A DNA stretch of 63,881 bases, the filler included. It is 4 parts of 4 records of this genome, joined end to end, with 100 filler letters (N's around TTAATTAATTAA, not from the genome) between each part and the next. Parts side by side here need not be neighbours in the genome. Positions count along the whole stretch, not along the records: positions 1 to 14,143 come from DRR723986_9328; positions 14,244 to 35,544 come from DRR723986_9331; 2 more parts are not named here. One strand, given 5' to 3'. This document shows, piece by piece, positions 10,127 to 20,112 of this stretch. Both the position numbers and the translations under genes were made by a program. Numbering within the stretch: position 1 is the stretch's first letter; each line of letters begins with the position of its first letter. The notes beneath the pieces were generated by a model. It was not told the origin of the DNA, searched no databases, and saw nothing but the letters and a program-made list of their open reading frames with translations.

Positions 10127-10600
10127 ATGACTCTGCAAAACACAATAATGAAAGCTATCAAGCCAACTTATCCATCGTTCACAAACCCGGGCGAAATTCC
10201 TTGGGTGCAGTGGGTAATGGAAGGCACATATTTTAAGCTTCTGAATGTTAACGAACTAACAGGCGGTTTTACCATGTTGTTGAAAGTGGACGCGCATGAT
10301 GACCCTGTGCCGGTGCACGGACATGTTGGCGGCGTTGAAGTGTATGTCATAGAAGGTGAGTTTGGTTATGACGATGACCGGGGCGCCGCAGGGTGGTATG
10401 GTTTTGAACAAGGTGGTACACTCCATGAGCCCAATTCACCCGGCGGCACGACTATGTTTGCAATCGCTCATGGTCCGATCATTGGCTATAATCCTGATGG
10501 CACAGTTGCCGCTGTAGTTGACGCAAAATTTATGTACCAAATGGCTAAAGAAGCCGGCACTCACAAACATCTACGCGTTGGCTTTCCAGGTGAAGGATGA
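10127..10600 (+). CDS. 2,4'-dihydroxyacetophenone dioxygenase-family (ChrR-like cupin) protein
   Basis: IPWV, YFKLL, HxH (PVHGH) and ExGGTLHEP cupin motifs; AAGGA RBS. Confidence 0.75.
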   Translation: MTLQNTIMKAIKPTYPSFTNPGEIPWVQWVMEGTYFKLLNVNELTGGFTMLLKVDAHDDPVPVHGHVGGVEVYVIEGEFGYDDDRGAAGWYGFEQGGTLHEPNSPGGTTMFAIAHGPIIGYNPDGTVAAVVDAKFMYQMAKEAGTHKHLRVGFPGEG

Positions 10601-10684
10601 AGCCAGCACCGCCCCATTCCTATTCATTAGATATTCTGAAACTAACTTTCATAGGTCTCCCGTACCCTATATTGGAGTTTGATC

Positions 10685-11644
10685 ATGGTGAAACCTTTTG
10701 CCTCTTCTACAGACCTCACAGAGAAAACCGAGACGTTGGAAATTCTTGCTGACGGCGTATATGCTTTAACCGCTGAGGGCGATCCGAATGTGGGCGCAAT
10801 CGAGGGCGAAGACTTCGTTGTGGCTATTGAGGCACGTGCTACGCCGCAGGCAGCGTGCGATTGGCTGCAACAGCTACGCACGCATACTGATAAGCCTGTA
10901 AGATATCTGGTGTTAACGCACTATCATGCTGTTCGCGTGCTGGGCGCATCTGCTTTCGGCGCTCAAGAAATTATCACACATGAAATGACGCGCCGACTGA
11001 TTAAGGAGCGCGGGATGCAGGATTGGGACAGCGAGTTTGGGCGCATGCCCCGGTTGTTCAAAAATCCTGATGAGATTCCCGGCCTCACACAGCCAACGCA
11101 AACCTTCCACGATAATATGCGTATCGAACTGGGCGGTGACAGGGGGTATTTGGAGTTAAAATTTTGTGGACGCGGTCATACAGCCGGCGACATTGCTGTC
11201 TGGTACCCTAAACACAAAGTTTTATTTGCCGGGGATCTCGTAGAAGCAGAAGCAGCTCTATACACGGGCGATGCTTTCCATATGGATTGGTCTGGCGATA
11301 CCCTCGATCAGGTAAAAGCATTTGGCGCTGAATTCTTAATTGGCGGTAGAGGGGCTGTTGCTCGTGGCAACGCGTCGGTTAATGCCGCCATTGACCAAAC
11401 TCGAGAGTTTCTGGTTGGCATGCGCGATAACGTAAAGTCGGTGCATGAACGTGGCGGTACACTGAAAGAAGCTTTTGAGGCAACGCATGCGGCGTTAGGG
11501 CCCAAGTTTGGTCAGTGGCCAATTTTTGAACATTGTTTGCCTTTCAACGTGCAGCGTTTGTGGGATGAATATGATGGCATTGACTGGCCGCGCATTTGGA
11601 CCATGGACCGTGACCGTGAAGTTTGGGCGCAACTTCAAGGATAA
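10685..11644 (+). CDS. MBL-fold metallo-hydrolase
   Basis: THYHAVR, GRGHTAGD and FAGDL motifs; family typically found with the FAD monooxygenase and DUF2783. Confidence 0.88.
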   Translation: MVKPFASSTDLTEKTETLEILADGVYALTAEGDPNVGAIEGEDFVVAIEARATPQAACDWLQQLRTHTDKPVRYLVLTHYHAVRVLGASAFGAQEIITHEMTRRLIKERGMQDWDSEFGRMPRLFKNPDEIPGLTQPTQTFHDNMRIELGGDRGYLELKFCGRGHTAGDIAVWYPKHKVLFAGDLVEAEAALYTGDAFHMDWSGDTLDQVKAFGAEFLIGGRGAVARGNASVNAAIDQTREFLVGMRDNVKSVHERGGTLKEAFEATHAALGPKFGQWPIFEHCLPFNVQRLWDEYDGIDWPRIWTMDRDREVWAQLQG

Positions 11645-11649
11645 ATTCC

Positions 11650-13242
11650 ATGCCATCTGCCGAGATACCAAAGTTTAAATCCAAACCTTACAAAGCGGCA
11701 CCTGAACTTTCCGGCAGGGGGACATCAGATCATCCCTTCATTATCGTCGGGTCTGGCCCGATAGGATTGGCGCTTGCCTTAGACCTTGCCATAAAGGGTC
11801 ATCATGTGACGCTTCTCACGGCCTTTGATTTTATAGCATTGGGCAGCAAGGCGATCTGTTTTTCCAAACAATCTCTAGATATTTTTGACAGGCTCGGTGT
11901 TGGTAAACGGATTGTGGACAAAGGGGTTGTCTGGAATGTAGGCAAGCTTTTCTGGAAGGACAAAACTGACCCTGTGTATCAGTTCGATATGTTGCCTGTG
12001 AAGGATCAGAAAAACCCAGGGTTTATTAATATTCAGCAATATTTTGTTGAGGACTACTTGGTTGATGCTCTGGAAGAAATGGACAATGTTGATATTCGCT
12101 GGGGGCATAAGGTTCAGGATATTCAGGTTGGAGAGGAAAGCGCAACACTCTCGGTTGCTACCCGCGATGGAGACTATAAACTGGCAGCTCAATATGTGCT
12201 TGCCTGTGACGGGGCGCGCTCCAAAATCCGGGACTGCATGGGGTTGGATTTTGAGGGGCGTATCTTTGAAGATAATTTCCTGATTGCTGACGTGCGTTTC
12301 AAGCAGGACCGGCCATCGGAACGCTGGTTTTGGTTTGACCCACCGTTTTGCAAAGGGGGTACTGCACTTCTGCACAAGCAGCCTGACGATATTTGGCGGC
12401 TTGATTTCCAATTAGGCTGGGATGTTGACCGCGAAGCGGCAACCTTGCCGGAAAATGTGCAACCGTTTGTAAAAGGTATGCTGGGTGATGATGTGGAATT
12501 CACCAAGGAATGGTATTCAGTTTATACTTTCCAGTGTCGGAGGATGGAGCGTTTCCTCCATGGGCCTGTAATTTTTGTCGGTGACAGCGCACACTTAGTA
12601 TCACCGTTTGGTGCCAGAGGCGCGAATGGCGGATTTTCCGATGCTGAGAATGTCGCCTGGAAGCTGGATCTTATACTGAACAGCGAAGCACCAAAGAGTT
12701 TGCTAGAAAGCTATAATTACGAGCGCGTTATGGGGGCCGATGAAAATATATTGAATTCCAGCCGTTCGACCGATTTTATGACACCTAAAAATGCACAGTC
12801 TCAAGCGTTTAGGAATGCTGTGCTTGAACTTTCCGATGATTATGAGTTCGCCCGTCCCTTCATTAATTCAGGCCGTCTATCGGTCTCAACGCCTTACCAT
12901 GACAGCCCTCTCTCAACACCTGATGTTGACGAGTGGGACGGCGGCGTTAAACCCGGGCATACATGCCTCGATGCGCCGATTGAACAAGATGGAAAACAGG
13001 CATGGCTACTGGAACAGTTAGGTGGGTGTTTCAAGCTCCTGCATTTCGGCGAAAATTCACCCAAAGTTGATATTGAGACGATTGTTTTGAGGAAAAATAG
13101 TCGATCGGCGCGCCGTTACGATGCCGAAGAAGGTGCCACCTATCTTATCCGGCCTGATCAGGTGGTTGCTGCTCGCTGGAAAAGTGCCGAAGTTGATAAA
13201 GTTCAGCAAGCGATTGCAAGGGCAAAAGGGTACGATTTATGA
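11650..13242 (+). CDS. FAD-dependent aromatic monooxygenase (MhpA/PheA-like family)
   Basis: GSGPIG, CDGARS, GDSAHLVSPFGARGAN and C-terminal LIRPDQVV motifs. Confidence 0.9.
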   Translation: MPSAEIPKFKSKPYKAAPELSGRGTSDHPFIIVGSGPIGLALALDLAIKGHHVTLLTAFDFIALGSKAICFSKQSLDIFDRLGVGKRIVDKGVVWNVGKLFWKDKTDPVYQFDMLPVKDQKNPGFINIQQYFVEDYLVDALEEMDNVDIRWGHKVQDIQVGEESATLSVATRDGDYKLAAQYVLACDGARSKIRDCMGLDFEGRIFEDNFLIADVRFKQDRPSERWFWFDPPFCKGGTALLHKQPDDIWRLDFQLGWDVDREAATLPENVQPFVKGMLGDDVEFTKEWYSVYTFQCRRMERFLHGPVIFVGDSAHLVSPFGARGANGGFSDAENVAWKLDLILNSEAPKSLLESYNYERVMGADENILNSSRSTDFMTPKNAQSQAFRNAVLELSDDYEFARPFINSGRLSVSTPYHDSPLSTPDVDEWDGGVKPGHTCLDAPIEQDGKQAWLLEQLGGCFKLLHFGENSPKVDIETIVLRKNSRSARRYDAEEGATYLIRPDQVVAARWKSAEVDKVQQAIARAKGYDL

Positions 13243-13448
13243 GCAAACTTAAAACTAACATTAATATAACGCACCATGATGATCTGTATCAGATGATTGT
13301 TGAGCTGCATGACGGACGTAGTGAGGCTGAAAGTCAGAAAATTAATGCAAAGTTGATTTTCATTCTCATGAATCAAATCGGTGATAAGCAAGTTGTTACT
13401 GATGCTATTCAGCTTGTTGAAGCGTCTGCATTAAAATGGGGCGATTGA
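13239..13448 (+). CDS. DUF2783 domain small protein
   Basis: DDLY..LHDG.SE.ES..INAKLI.ILMNQIGD pattern; ATGA overlap with the upstream gene. Confidence 0.8.
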   Translation: MSKLKTNINITHHDDLYQMIVELHDGRSEAESQKINAKLIFILMNQIGDKQVVTDAIQLVEASALKWGD

Positions 13449-13636
13449 ATATACAAGAAAATGGGTATGCTTGTGTCTCCATCTCCATCCAGTCTTCCAC
13501 CGCGACTTTGAGACATCCATCATGTTGCGTACCGCTGTTGCAATGCCAAGGAAACAGTTGTTTTTTGTAAGCGCGTGATGGGTGCGATATATGTATCAGC
13601 TTTTTCGGAAGACAATGTGCTATCAACCTGCGAGCA

Positions 13637-13735
13637 TCACCCTATATGCTGTTTGGTGACACGGTTGGCATTTAAATGCGCGACGCCTGAGGCCACTAAA
13701 TCTTCGGCAGGATTGAAAATACCGTCGAGAAGTAT
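13637..13735 (+). pseudogene. Remnant of a fumarylacetoacetate hydrolase-family gene (C-terminus)
   Basis: Translates as SPYMLFGDTVGI*MRDA*GH*IFGRIENTVEKY, matching the recalled FAH-family end PFMxFGDTVRIEMxDxxGxSIFGAIEQTV, with three in-frame stops. Confidence 0.65.
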
Positions 13736-14099
13736 TGTTCAGTAAGTGATCATGAATGAACTTTGTATATGTGAACCATCAACATAATATTCGTATCTAA
13801 CCCATCAAAGGTCTAACTTTATCGAGGGGAGTAGATTTTATATTTGCTCTCACCGACATTACTTGCCCTGTGAATGCAACATTCGCGATGAGTGATGTAT
13901 CTCCAAGCTCCTCAGAGGGTGAAATTGTGTATTTAAGCAAAGTTGACTATTTTGAGCAAATACACTTAAAAAGGCGTAGTTTGTACCTACTGGGCTTTAG
14001 AATGAGCTTTTCGAATCACAGAACTCACACAAAATTGCACACACGATTTTTCATCAATTCAAATAGATTAATAAAATCAGATAGTTATAGACAAATCAA

Positions 14100-14143
14100 T
14101 CAGGCTCATAACATGAAGGTCGTAGGTTCAAATCCTACTCCCG
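14100..14143 (+). mobile_element. 3' half of tRNA-Met(CAT), probable att site duplication
   Basis: TCAGG-CTCATAA-CATGA-AGGTCGTAGGTTCAAATCCTACTCCCG gives the anticodon arm (one mismatch) and T-arm, with no D-arm or 5' acceptor upstream. Confidence 0.7.
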
Positions 14144-14243
14144 NNNNNNNNNNNNNNNNNNNNNNNNNNNNNNNNNNNNNNNNNNNNTTAATTAATTAAN
14201 NNNNNNNNNNNNNNNNNNNNNNNNNNNNNNNNNNNNNNNNNNN
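14144..14243. other. Artificial contig spacer
   Basis: 44N-TTAATTAATTAA-44N; stops in all six frames. Confidence 0.98.
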
Positions 14244-14362
14244 CACGGCGAAATTGCCTTCACAGAATCCGCTTGTTGCTCCTTGGTGGCGAAAGTAGCC
14301 GTCATCGATCTCTGGGGGCGGTGCGACCTGGTGTGATGTTGTATCCATGTTGGATAGTTTTG

Positions 14363-14434
14363 AACCGCGGAGGCGCGGAGAACGCAGAGGAGCCGCGAGG
14401 ACAGAAACTCTGCGTCCTTAGCGACTCTGCGTTT
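14363..14434. repeat. Palindromic CGCAGAG/CTCTGCG-type extragenic repeat
   Basis: AACCGCGGAGGCGCGGAGAACGCAGAG pairs with CTCTGCGTCCTTAGCGACTCTGCGTTT. Confidence 0.6.
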
Positions 14435-14909
14435 CCCAATGCCTTCCTAGAATCCGCTCGTTCGGCCTTAGCGATGAAAACGAAGCCGTAGCTTGCAGAG
14501 CGCGTTCAATCGGGTGCGCAGGGCGTTCCCCGGCGGAGTGTCTGCCTTCTTAGAGGTGTCAGCACCGGGTTGATTACCAACGGCTAATCAAACACCCTTG
14601 CGGCTGCGTTTCCGCCGTCTTGGGGTGACTGAGCCCACTTAGGCCACCTTTCCGCGGTGGCTGGCGTGAAACATGGGCCAAATTCGACTATCATATTGCC
14701 CGCGCGGTAACAACGAGATTGAGGGAAGCCAAACTCCGACGGCTGGCAAAGCGTGTCAAGTCGCAGTGGAAACTGCGGTAATTCCTAAGTTGGCTTTTTA
14801 GGTTGCCAAGAAGAAGGCCTAGCCCTTCGATGGGCGTCGACCGCGTTCCCACCTTGAACAGCTCTTTCCTGACTGCACTTGCCTAGCAGGTGCTCAAACG
14901 GTGCAAAGT

Positions 14910-17900
14910 ATGAATCGACGAATTTCGTTCGCGCTCGCAAGCGTGTTTCTCTGGTCATTTACCACATTCTCATCAGCCGCAGATCGGTTGGTGTTTGAGC
15001 CGGATAGCGGCGCGGGTGCGAAGCACATTGTTTTGATTTCGGGCGATGAAGAATATCGCACGGAAGAATCTATGCCGATGCTAGGGAAGATCCTAGCCAA
15101 ACACCACGGCTTCAAGTGCACTGTGCTGTTCTCTTTGGCGGCAGACGGTTCGGGGACTATCGACCCCAATAATCAGCAGGGAATCGTCGGCTGGGAAGCT
15201 CTGCGTGATGCTGATCTGATTATTACCGGGACGCGTTTCAGGCGTCCGTCGACCAGCCAAGCCGCCTTTGTGACCGAGTACCTGAAAGCGGGCAAGCCGC
15301 TAATCGGAATCCGCACATCGACTCATGCCTTTGCGGGCAAGGGAACTTTCGGTGACATCAGCTACGACGATTTTGGACTCAAGGTTTTCGGCGAAACTTG
15401 GGTCAGCCATCACGGTGAACACAAGGTCCAGGGATGCCGCAGCGTAGTCGAAGGTGATGGCGATCACCCCATCCTGCGTGGCGTTGGGGAGATCTTTTGT
15501 CCATCCGACGTTTACGGCGTGAAGCACCTAACGGAGAAGGACGACATTCTTCTCAGAGCGGCCGTGACGGAGAGCCTGAATCCGTCCTCGGCGAACCTAG
15601 CTGGAGACATCAACAAGCCGATGCAAGCCTTCGCCTGGCTGCACGAATACACCCGCCCCGGCGGACGCGGCGTCGCAACTTCATTTTGTACCACGGGCGG
15701 CGCTTCGGTCGACCTGCTCGACGAAGATCTCCGCCGGATGATCGTTAACGCGGCCCTACACTTGACGGGCCAAGAAGTACCGGAAAAGGCGGACGTGAGC
15801 TTTGTTGATCCCTTTGATCCAAGCTTCTACGGATTCATTCGCCAAGAGAACTACTGGAAGGATCTGGGCCTCACCCCTGCAGATTTTGACCTGGGCAAGA
15901 CGACTCACACCGCCGATCCGAAGGGCTCTCCAGAGTGGGAGTTCACGGCGACACAGGCCAACAATTTAGAGTTTCGCGCCGGCGAAAAGATCGCCTTCGT
16001 TGGCGGCTCGCTTGCAGAACGAATGAACCTGTTCGGCTACTTTGAAACTGCCCTGCATACGCGTTTCCCTGAGCAAAAGCTGATTGTCCGGAACTTCGGA
16101 TGGCCCGCTGATGAGGTCGGTAACCAGCAGCGTCCCGACAACTACACGCGTATCGACGATCCGATGGAAGTCTTCGGTCCATCGACGTTCATCTGCTTCT
16201 TCGGCTTCAACGAACACTTTGCGGGAAACTCGCCGGATCAAGTCAAGGCGTTCAAGGACAAGTATCGCGCTTGGATGGATGCAACACGAACGAAGTTCAA
16301 CACCGATGACCGATCAGTTCGCTTCGCACTTGCGACGCCGATTGCTTTCGAGCCGGCGGACAACCGGCACTTGCCAGATGGGCAACAAAACAACAAGGAT
16401 CTCGCTGCCTACTCCGCGGCAGTTAAAGAACTAGCCGCTGCACTAAATCTACCTGTTGTTGATCTGTTCGAACCTAGTCTTGCAGCATTTGGTGAGGAGA
16501 AGGGGCTTCAGTTTACGATCAATGGCATTCACTGTAACGAGCAAGGCGATCGACTCGTTGCCCAGGAACTCGACAAGCAGTTCTTTGGCGATGAACATCC
16601 GATCGGCATGGATGATTCTGAGTTCCATCGCGTGCGATCCGCAGTGAACGACAAGGCATGGTTCCACTTGCAAGACTATCGCATGCTCAATGGTTGGTAC
16701 GTCTACGGCGGCCGTCGGACTTGGGACACCGAAACATTCCCAGGTGAGTACCAGAAGATCCGCAAGATGGTTGCCGTACGCGACAGCTACATTTGGGACA
16801 TGGTCGCTGGCAAAGAAGTCCCCGAGTACCCCGATGACTCGAAAACGGGCGAGGTCTTCATTCCTGAAACAATGTTCGGTACTCGAGACGACGGTTTTCG
16901 CAAAATGCGTGAGCCCACCACGCTTGAGTACCCAACGCCCGAAGAGCAGATAGCGGCCATGAACGTCCCCGAGGGCTTCGAGGTTCAACTGTTTGCATCC
17001 GAGGAAGATTTTCCTGAGTTTTCCAACCCGACACAGATGACCTTCGATTCGAAGGGGCGGCTGTGGGTGTCCTGTATGGTCAACTATCCGCAGTGGCTTC
17101 CTGGTAGTGCCAAGCCCGGCGACAAGCTGCTGATCTTTGAGGACACAGACAAGGACGGCAAGGCCGACACTTGCAAGACATTTTATGACGACTTGATTTG
17201 CCCGACTGGTTTCGAATTCTATGAAGATGGCGTGCTAGTCGTCGACGAACCGCGGATCATCTTCCTGCGTGATACAGATGGCGACGACGTGGCCGATGAT
17301 GTCACTCATGTTGTCGATGGAATTGCGACCGACGATACTCACCACGCCATGGGCGCTTGGGAGTGGTCGCACGGTGGACTGCTCTACATGCTGGAAGGCG
17401 TTTCGATGTCGACCACTATGGAGACGCCCTGGGGACCGTTCCGAAACAAAGGCCCCAGTGGTGCTTACGTTCTCGACCCGAAATCCTGGCGCTTCCGCCA
17501 CTTCCGCACTCCCGGTTACGGGAATCCCTGGTGTATGGTGTTCGACAAGTGGGGCATGGGAATCATCGGTGACGGAACTAACGCACAACAACACTGGACG
17601 AGTCCGCTGTCGGGCTACGAAGTTCCAACGCGGCGCACACTGCGACCGGTCTTTGATAACGAAGGCATGCGTCCTGCGGTCGGTAATGACTTCATCTACA
17701 GCCGCCACTTCCCTGACGAAATGCAGGGCCAGTTCACTTATGCCTGCGTGATCAACATGCACGGCATGCCACGGTTCGAACTTGGTGATGAAGAGGGAAC
17801 GGCTGGCTACGCCGGAAAGCGAATTGAGGACCTGCTCAGTTCGACCGATAACTTCTTTCGTCCTGTCGACCCGCAAATTGGGCCCGACGGGGCGATGTGG

Positions 17901-19622
17901 TTCGGCGATTGGTGCAACGCTCTGATCGGTCACATGCAGTATTCACAGCGTGACCCCAACCGAGATCACGAGCATGGCCGAATTTACCGCATGGTCTACA
18001 AGGACAAGCCGCTTGTCGAGCCAGAGCTGCAGGAAGACAAATCAATCCCGCAGCTTCTCGAGCAGCTTTCTTCGCCTGAGACCCGCACACGCTATCGTGC
18101 TCGTCGCGAATTGCGCAGCCGCGATGAGGAAGAAGTGCTATCCGCCGTAGCTGAGTGGATCGCCTCGGATGAAGTCGGGGCTGAAGACCTTTGTGAAGCT
18201 CTATGGCTCCAGGAAAGTTTCCGGGCAGTCGAATCGGGCTTGGTCAAACGACTGATGAATTCAGACGTGTTTCAGGCGCGATCCGCCGCAGTCCACACCG
18301 TCACAAACGAACTCTTGCGTTACCCTGGTGCAATGGAGTTGTTCAAATCCGCGATCAACGATCCGCACCCGCGCGTTCGGCTTGAGGCGCTGCGAGGGCT
18401 GAGCTACATCAGGACTGCAGAAGCTGCTGAAATTGCATTGAGCGTCACGCTGCACCCGATGGATTACTGGCTCGAATACACGCTCGAACATACGCTGCAT
18501 GCATTGACACCTGCCGCCGACAGCGCGATCTCCGACGGCAGCTTCCTCGCCGCTGCCGACAAGTCGCTGCTGGAGTACTATGAAAACTTCAAGCTAGCCA
18601 TGGGACCAGGCGGAAAGGCCGTCAAGCCACTCAAGGCGGCTGAAAACCCAGACTTGTCGGATTGGCGACGCACTGCCGCCGTCCGTGAACTTGCCGGAAT
18701 CCGCGGTGGTAAAGCGAGCAAGGGCAACGTTGTTTTCTCGCGCGTTTGCGCAGCCTGTCACATGATTGGCAAAGACGGAAAAGACTTTGGCCCCAAGCTC
18801 GATAGTATCGGCGCAAGGTACTCCAAGGAGGACATCATTCGTCACATTCTGTGGCCCAATGAAACGATCGCCAAGGGCTACGAAACGGTCCAGATCCTAA
18901 CCGTCGAAGGCGAGGTGGTGAACGGGTTTGTTCTCAAGGAGGGTGAAGAATCCATCACGCTCGGTGTCTCAACGCAGGACGGCAAGGGCAAAGAGGAAAC
19001 CATCCTGACCGAAGACATTGAAGTTCGCAAAGAGATGAAGAACAGTTCAATGCCGGGCGGATTGGCTGGTACGATCGCCCCAAGTGAGTTCCTTGACTTG
19101 ATCGAGTACCTGAGCGCGCAGAATGGTTTTGAGATTGATGCCGAAGGCTGGATATCGACTGGTCTGCCCGAAGGCGAACTTCGCAAACACGGCGACCTAG
19201 TTGAGATCTCGCGCAACGCGAAACTGCGACTTGGGAAAAATTTCCCAGACAACTACAGCAAGTATGCCAACCTTGTTCTAAGTCCGATCGACTCCAAGAA
19301 TCGTGAATTCGCGTTTCACTCGCCAAACGCCAATCGAGAATCTCCTGCCATTGAAATTGACCTCGGTCAGCTTTCCGAGGTCCGGCACATCAAAATCGAA
19401 AACCGACGCAATCCTCAGTTCTATGCACGAGCTAAGGATTTAGCTGTTTGGGTGTCCAGTGAAGGAAAGCAATGGAAGCAGGTTTGGAAATCAACTGAAC
19501 CAAAGGGCAACTACGACATTGATCTTCCGGCGGGCACCGAAGCACGATTCATCAAGATCGGGCTAGATGGCAGTGGGATTTTCCACTTGAACCAAGTGGT
19601 GGTATTCGGCCCAGCCAAATAG
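14910..19622 (+). CDS. PVC-type membrane-bound dehydrogenase/heme-binding protein (ThuA-like + SGNH-like + propeller + HEAT + cytochrome c + F5/8-type)
   Basis: ISGDEEYRTEE, FVGGSLAE...NGIH, VPEGFEVQLFASE, FRPVDPQIGPDGA, CAACH...FGPKL...SMPGGL and a C-terminal discoidin-like domain. Confidence 0.88.
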   Translation: MNRRISFALASVFLWSFTTFSSAADRLVFEPDSGAGAKHIVLISGDEEYRTEESMPMLGKILAKHHGFKCTVLFSLAADGSGTIDPNNQQGIVGWEALRDADLIITGTRFRRPSTSQAAFVTEYLKAGKPLIGIRTSTHAFAGKGTFGDISYDDFGLKVFGETWVSHHGEHKVQGCRSVVEGDGDHPILRGVGEIFCPSDVYGVKHLTEKDDILLRAAVTESLNPSSANLAGDINKPMQAFAWLHEYTRPGGRGVATSFCTTGGASVDLLDEDLRRMIVNAALHLTGQEVPEKADVSFVDPFDPSFYGFIRQENYWKDLGLTPADFDLGKTTHTADPKGSPEWEFTATQANNLEFRAGEKIAFVGGSLAERMNLFGYFETALHTRFPEQKLIVRNFGWPADEVGNQQRPDNYTRIDDPMEVFGPSTFICFFGFNEHFAGNSPDQVKAFKDKYRAWMDATRTKFNTDDRSVRFALATPIAFEPADNRHLPDGQQNNKDLAAYSAAVKELAAALNLPVVDLFEPSLAAFGEEKGLQFTINGIHCNEQGDRLVAQELDKQFFGDEHPIGMDDSEFHRVRSAVNDKAWFHLQDYRMLNGWYVYGGRRTWDTETFPGEYQKIRKMVAVRDSYIWDMVAGKEVPEYPDDSKTGEVFIPETMFGTRDDGFRKMREPTTLEYPTPEEQIAAMNVPEGFEVQLFASEEDFPEFSNPTQMTFDSKGRLWVSCMVNYPQWLPGSAKPGDKLLIFEDTDKDGKADTCKTFYDDLICPTGFEFYEDGVLVVDEPRIIFLRDTDGDDVADDVTHVVDGIATDDTHHAMGAWEWSHGGLLYMLEGVSMSTTMETPWGPFRNKGPSGAYVLDPKSWRFRHFRTPGYGNPWCMVFDKWGMGIIGDGTNAQQHWTSPLSGYEVPTRRTLRPVFDNEGMRPAVGNDFIYSRHFPDEMQGQFTYACVINMHGMPRFELGDEEGTAGYAGKRIEDLLSSTDNFFRPVDPQIGPDGAMWFGDWCNALIGHMQYSQRDPNRDHEHGRIYRMVYKDKPLVEPELQEDKSIPQLLEQLSSPETRTRYRARRELRSRDEEEVLSAVAEWIASDEVGAEDLCEALWLQESFRAVESGLVKRLMNSDVFQARSAAVHTVTNELLRYPGAMELFKSAINDPHPRVRLEALRGLSYIRTAEAAEIALSVTLHPMDYWLEYTLEHTLHALTPAADSAISDGSFLAAADKSLLEYYENFKLAMGPGGKAVKPLKAAENPDLSDWRRTAAVRELAGIRGGKASKGNVVFSRVCAACHMIGKDGKDFGPKLDSIGARYSKEDIIRHILWPNETIAKGYETVQILTVEGEVVNGFVLKEGEESITLGVSTQDGKGKEETILTEDIEVRKEMKNSSMPGGLAGTIAPSEFLDLIEYLSAQNGFEIDAEGWISTGLPEGELRKHGDLVEISRNAKLRLGKNFPDNYSKYANLVLSPIDSKNREFAFHSPNANRESPAIEIDLGQLSEVRHIKIENRRNPQFYARAKDLAVWVSSEGKQWKQVWKSTEPKGNYDIDLPAGTEARFIKIGLDGSGIFHLNQVVVFGPAK

Positions 19623-19768
19623 GTTTTGCTTGTTTCCTGCCGTCAATACAGTCTCAAGAATGCGGGCGCTTTGCCAAAGCAGGCGTCTTGCTAGGATAGG
19701 ATGCAACGACGGCAGGTGCAGGTTGATATCGACCGCAGACAAACTCGGATCGAAGAGAGGGTGAAGCC

Positions 19769-20068
19769 TTGTCAAACAACGTCAGCAGCGCTCAACTAGA
19801 CTCCGACTCGTTCGCCGACCGTCCGATCATGAGTGCTTTGAGCGGGTTGTTCTACGCGGCCGTCGTCATCGCGATCAGTGTGTGCATGTTGCTTGTCAAC
19901 GCGCTGGTTTGCCTGACCATCTACTCAGTCATCCCGCCGTTTGCGCCAAAGGAAATCATGGACAGGCTGGGGCAGTTCTTCTTCTTTACTGCGCCGTTGG
20001 TGCTCATGCTGCTTGAGTGGAATTTAGTCGACCGAGTCGGACGGATCTTCACCAAGACTGACTCTTAG
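19769..20068 (+). CDS. Small two-TM membrane protein
   Basis: Two hydrophobic segments, GAGGG upstream, same strand as neighbours. Confidence 0.6.
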   Translation: MSNNVSSAQLDSDSFADRPIMSALSGLFYAAVVIAISVCMLLVNALVCLTIYSVIPPFAPKEIMDRLGQFFFFTAPLVLMLLEWNLVDRVGRIFTKTDS

Positions 20069-20112
20069 CGGCCACTCCACAATTCCCCAAAACCTCAAGG
20101 CACGATGCCACC

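Noticed and set aside
14100-14143. Functional tRNA-Met gene
   Set aside because: The 5' acceptor strand and D-arm are absent and the anticodon stem has a mismatch; treated as an att-like fragment
13870-14199. 109-aa ORF
   Set aside because: Runs through the tRNA fragment into the N spacer and stops in the artificial linker
14188-14199. TTAATTAATTAA palindrome occurring three times in the window
   Set aside because: Artificial six-frame stop linker
14244-14305. Possible 5' end of a minus-strand gene (MTATFATKEQQ...)
   Set aside because: Only about 20 codons before the contig break; cannot be supported
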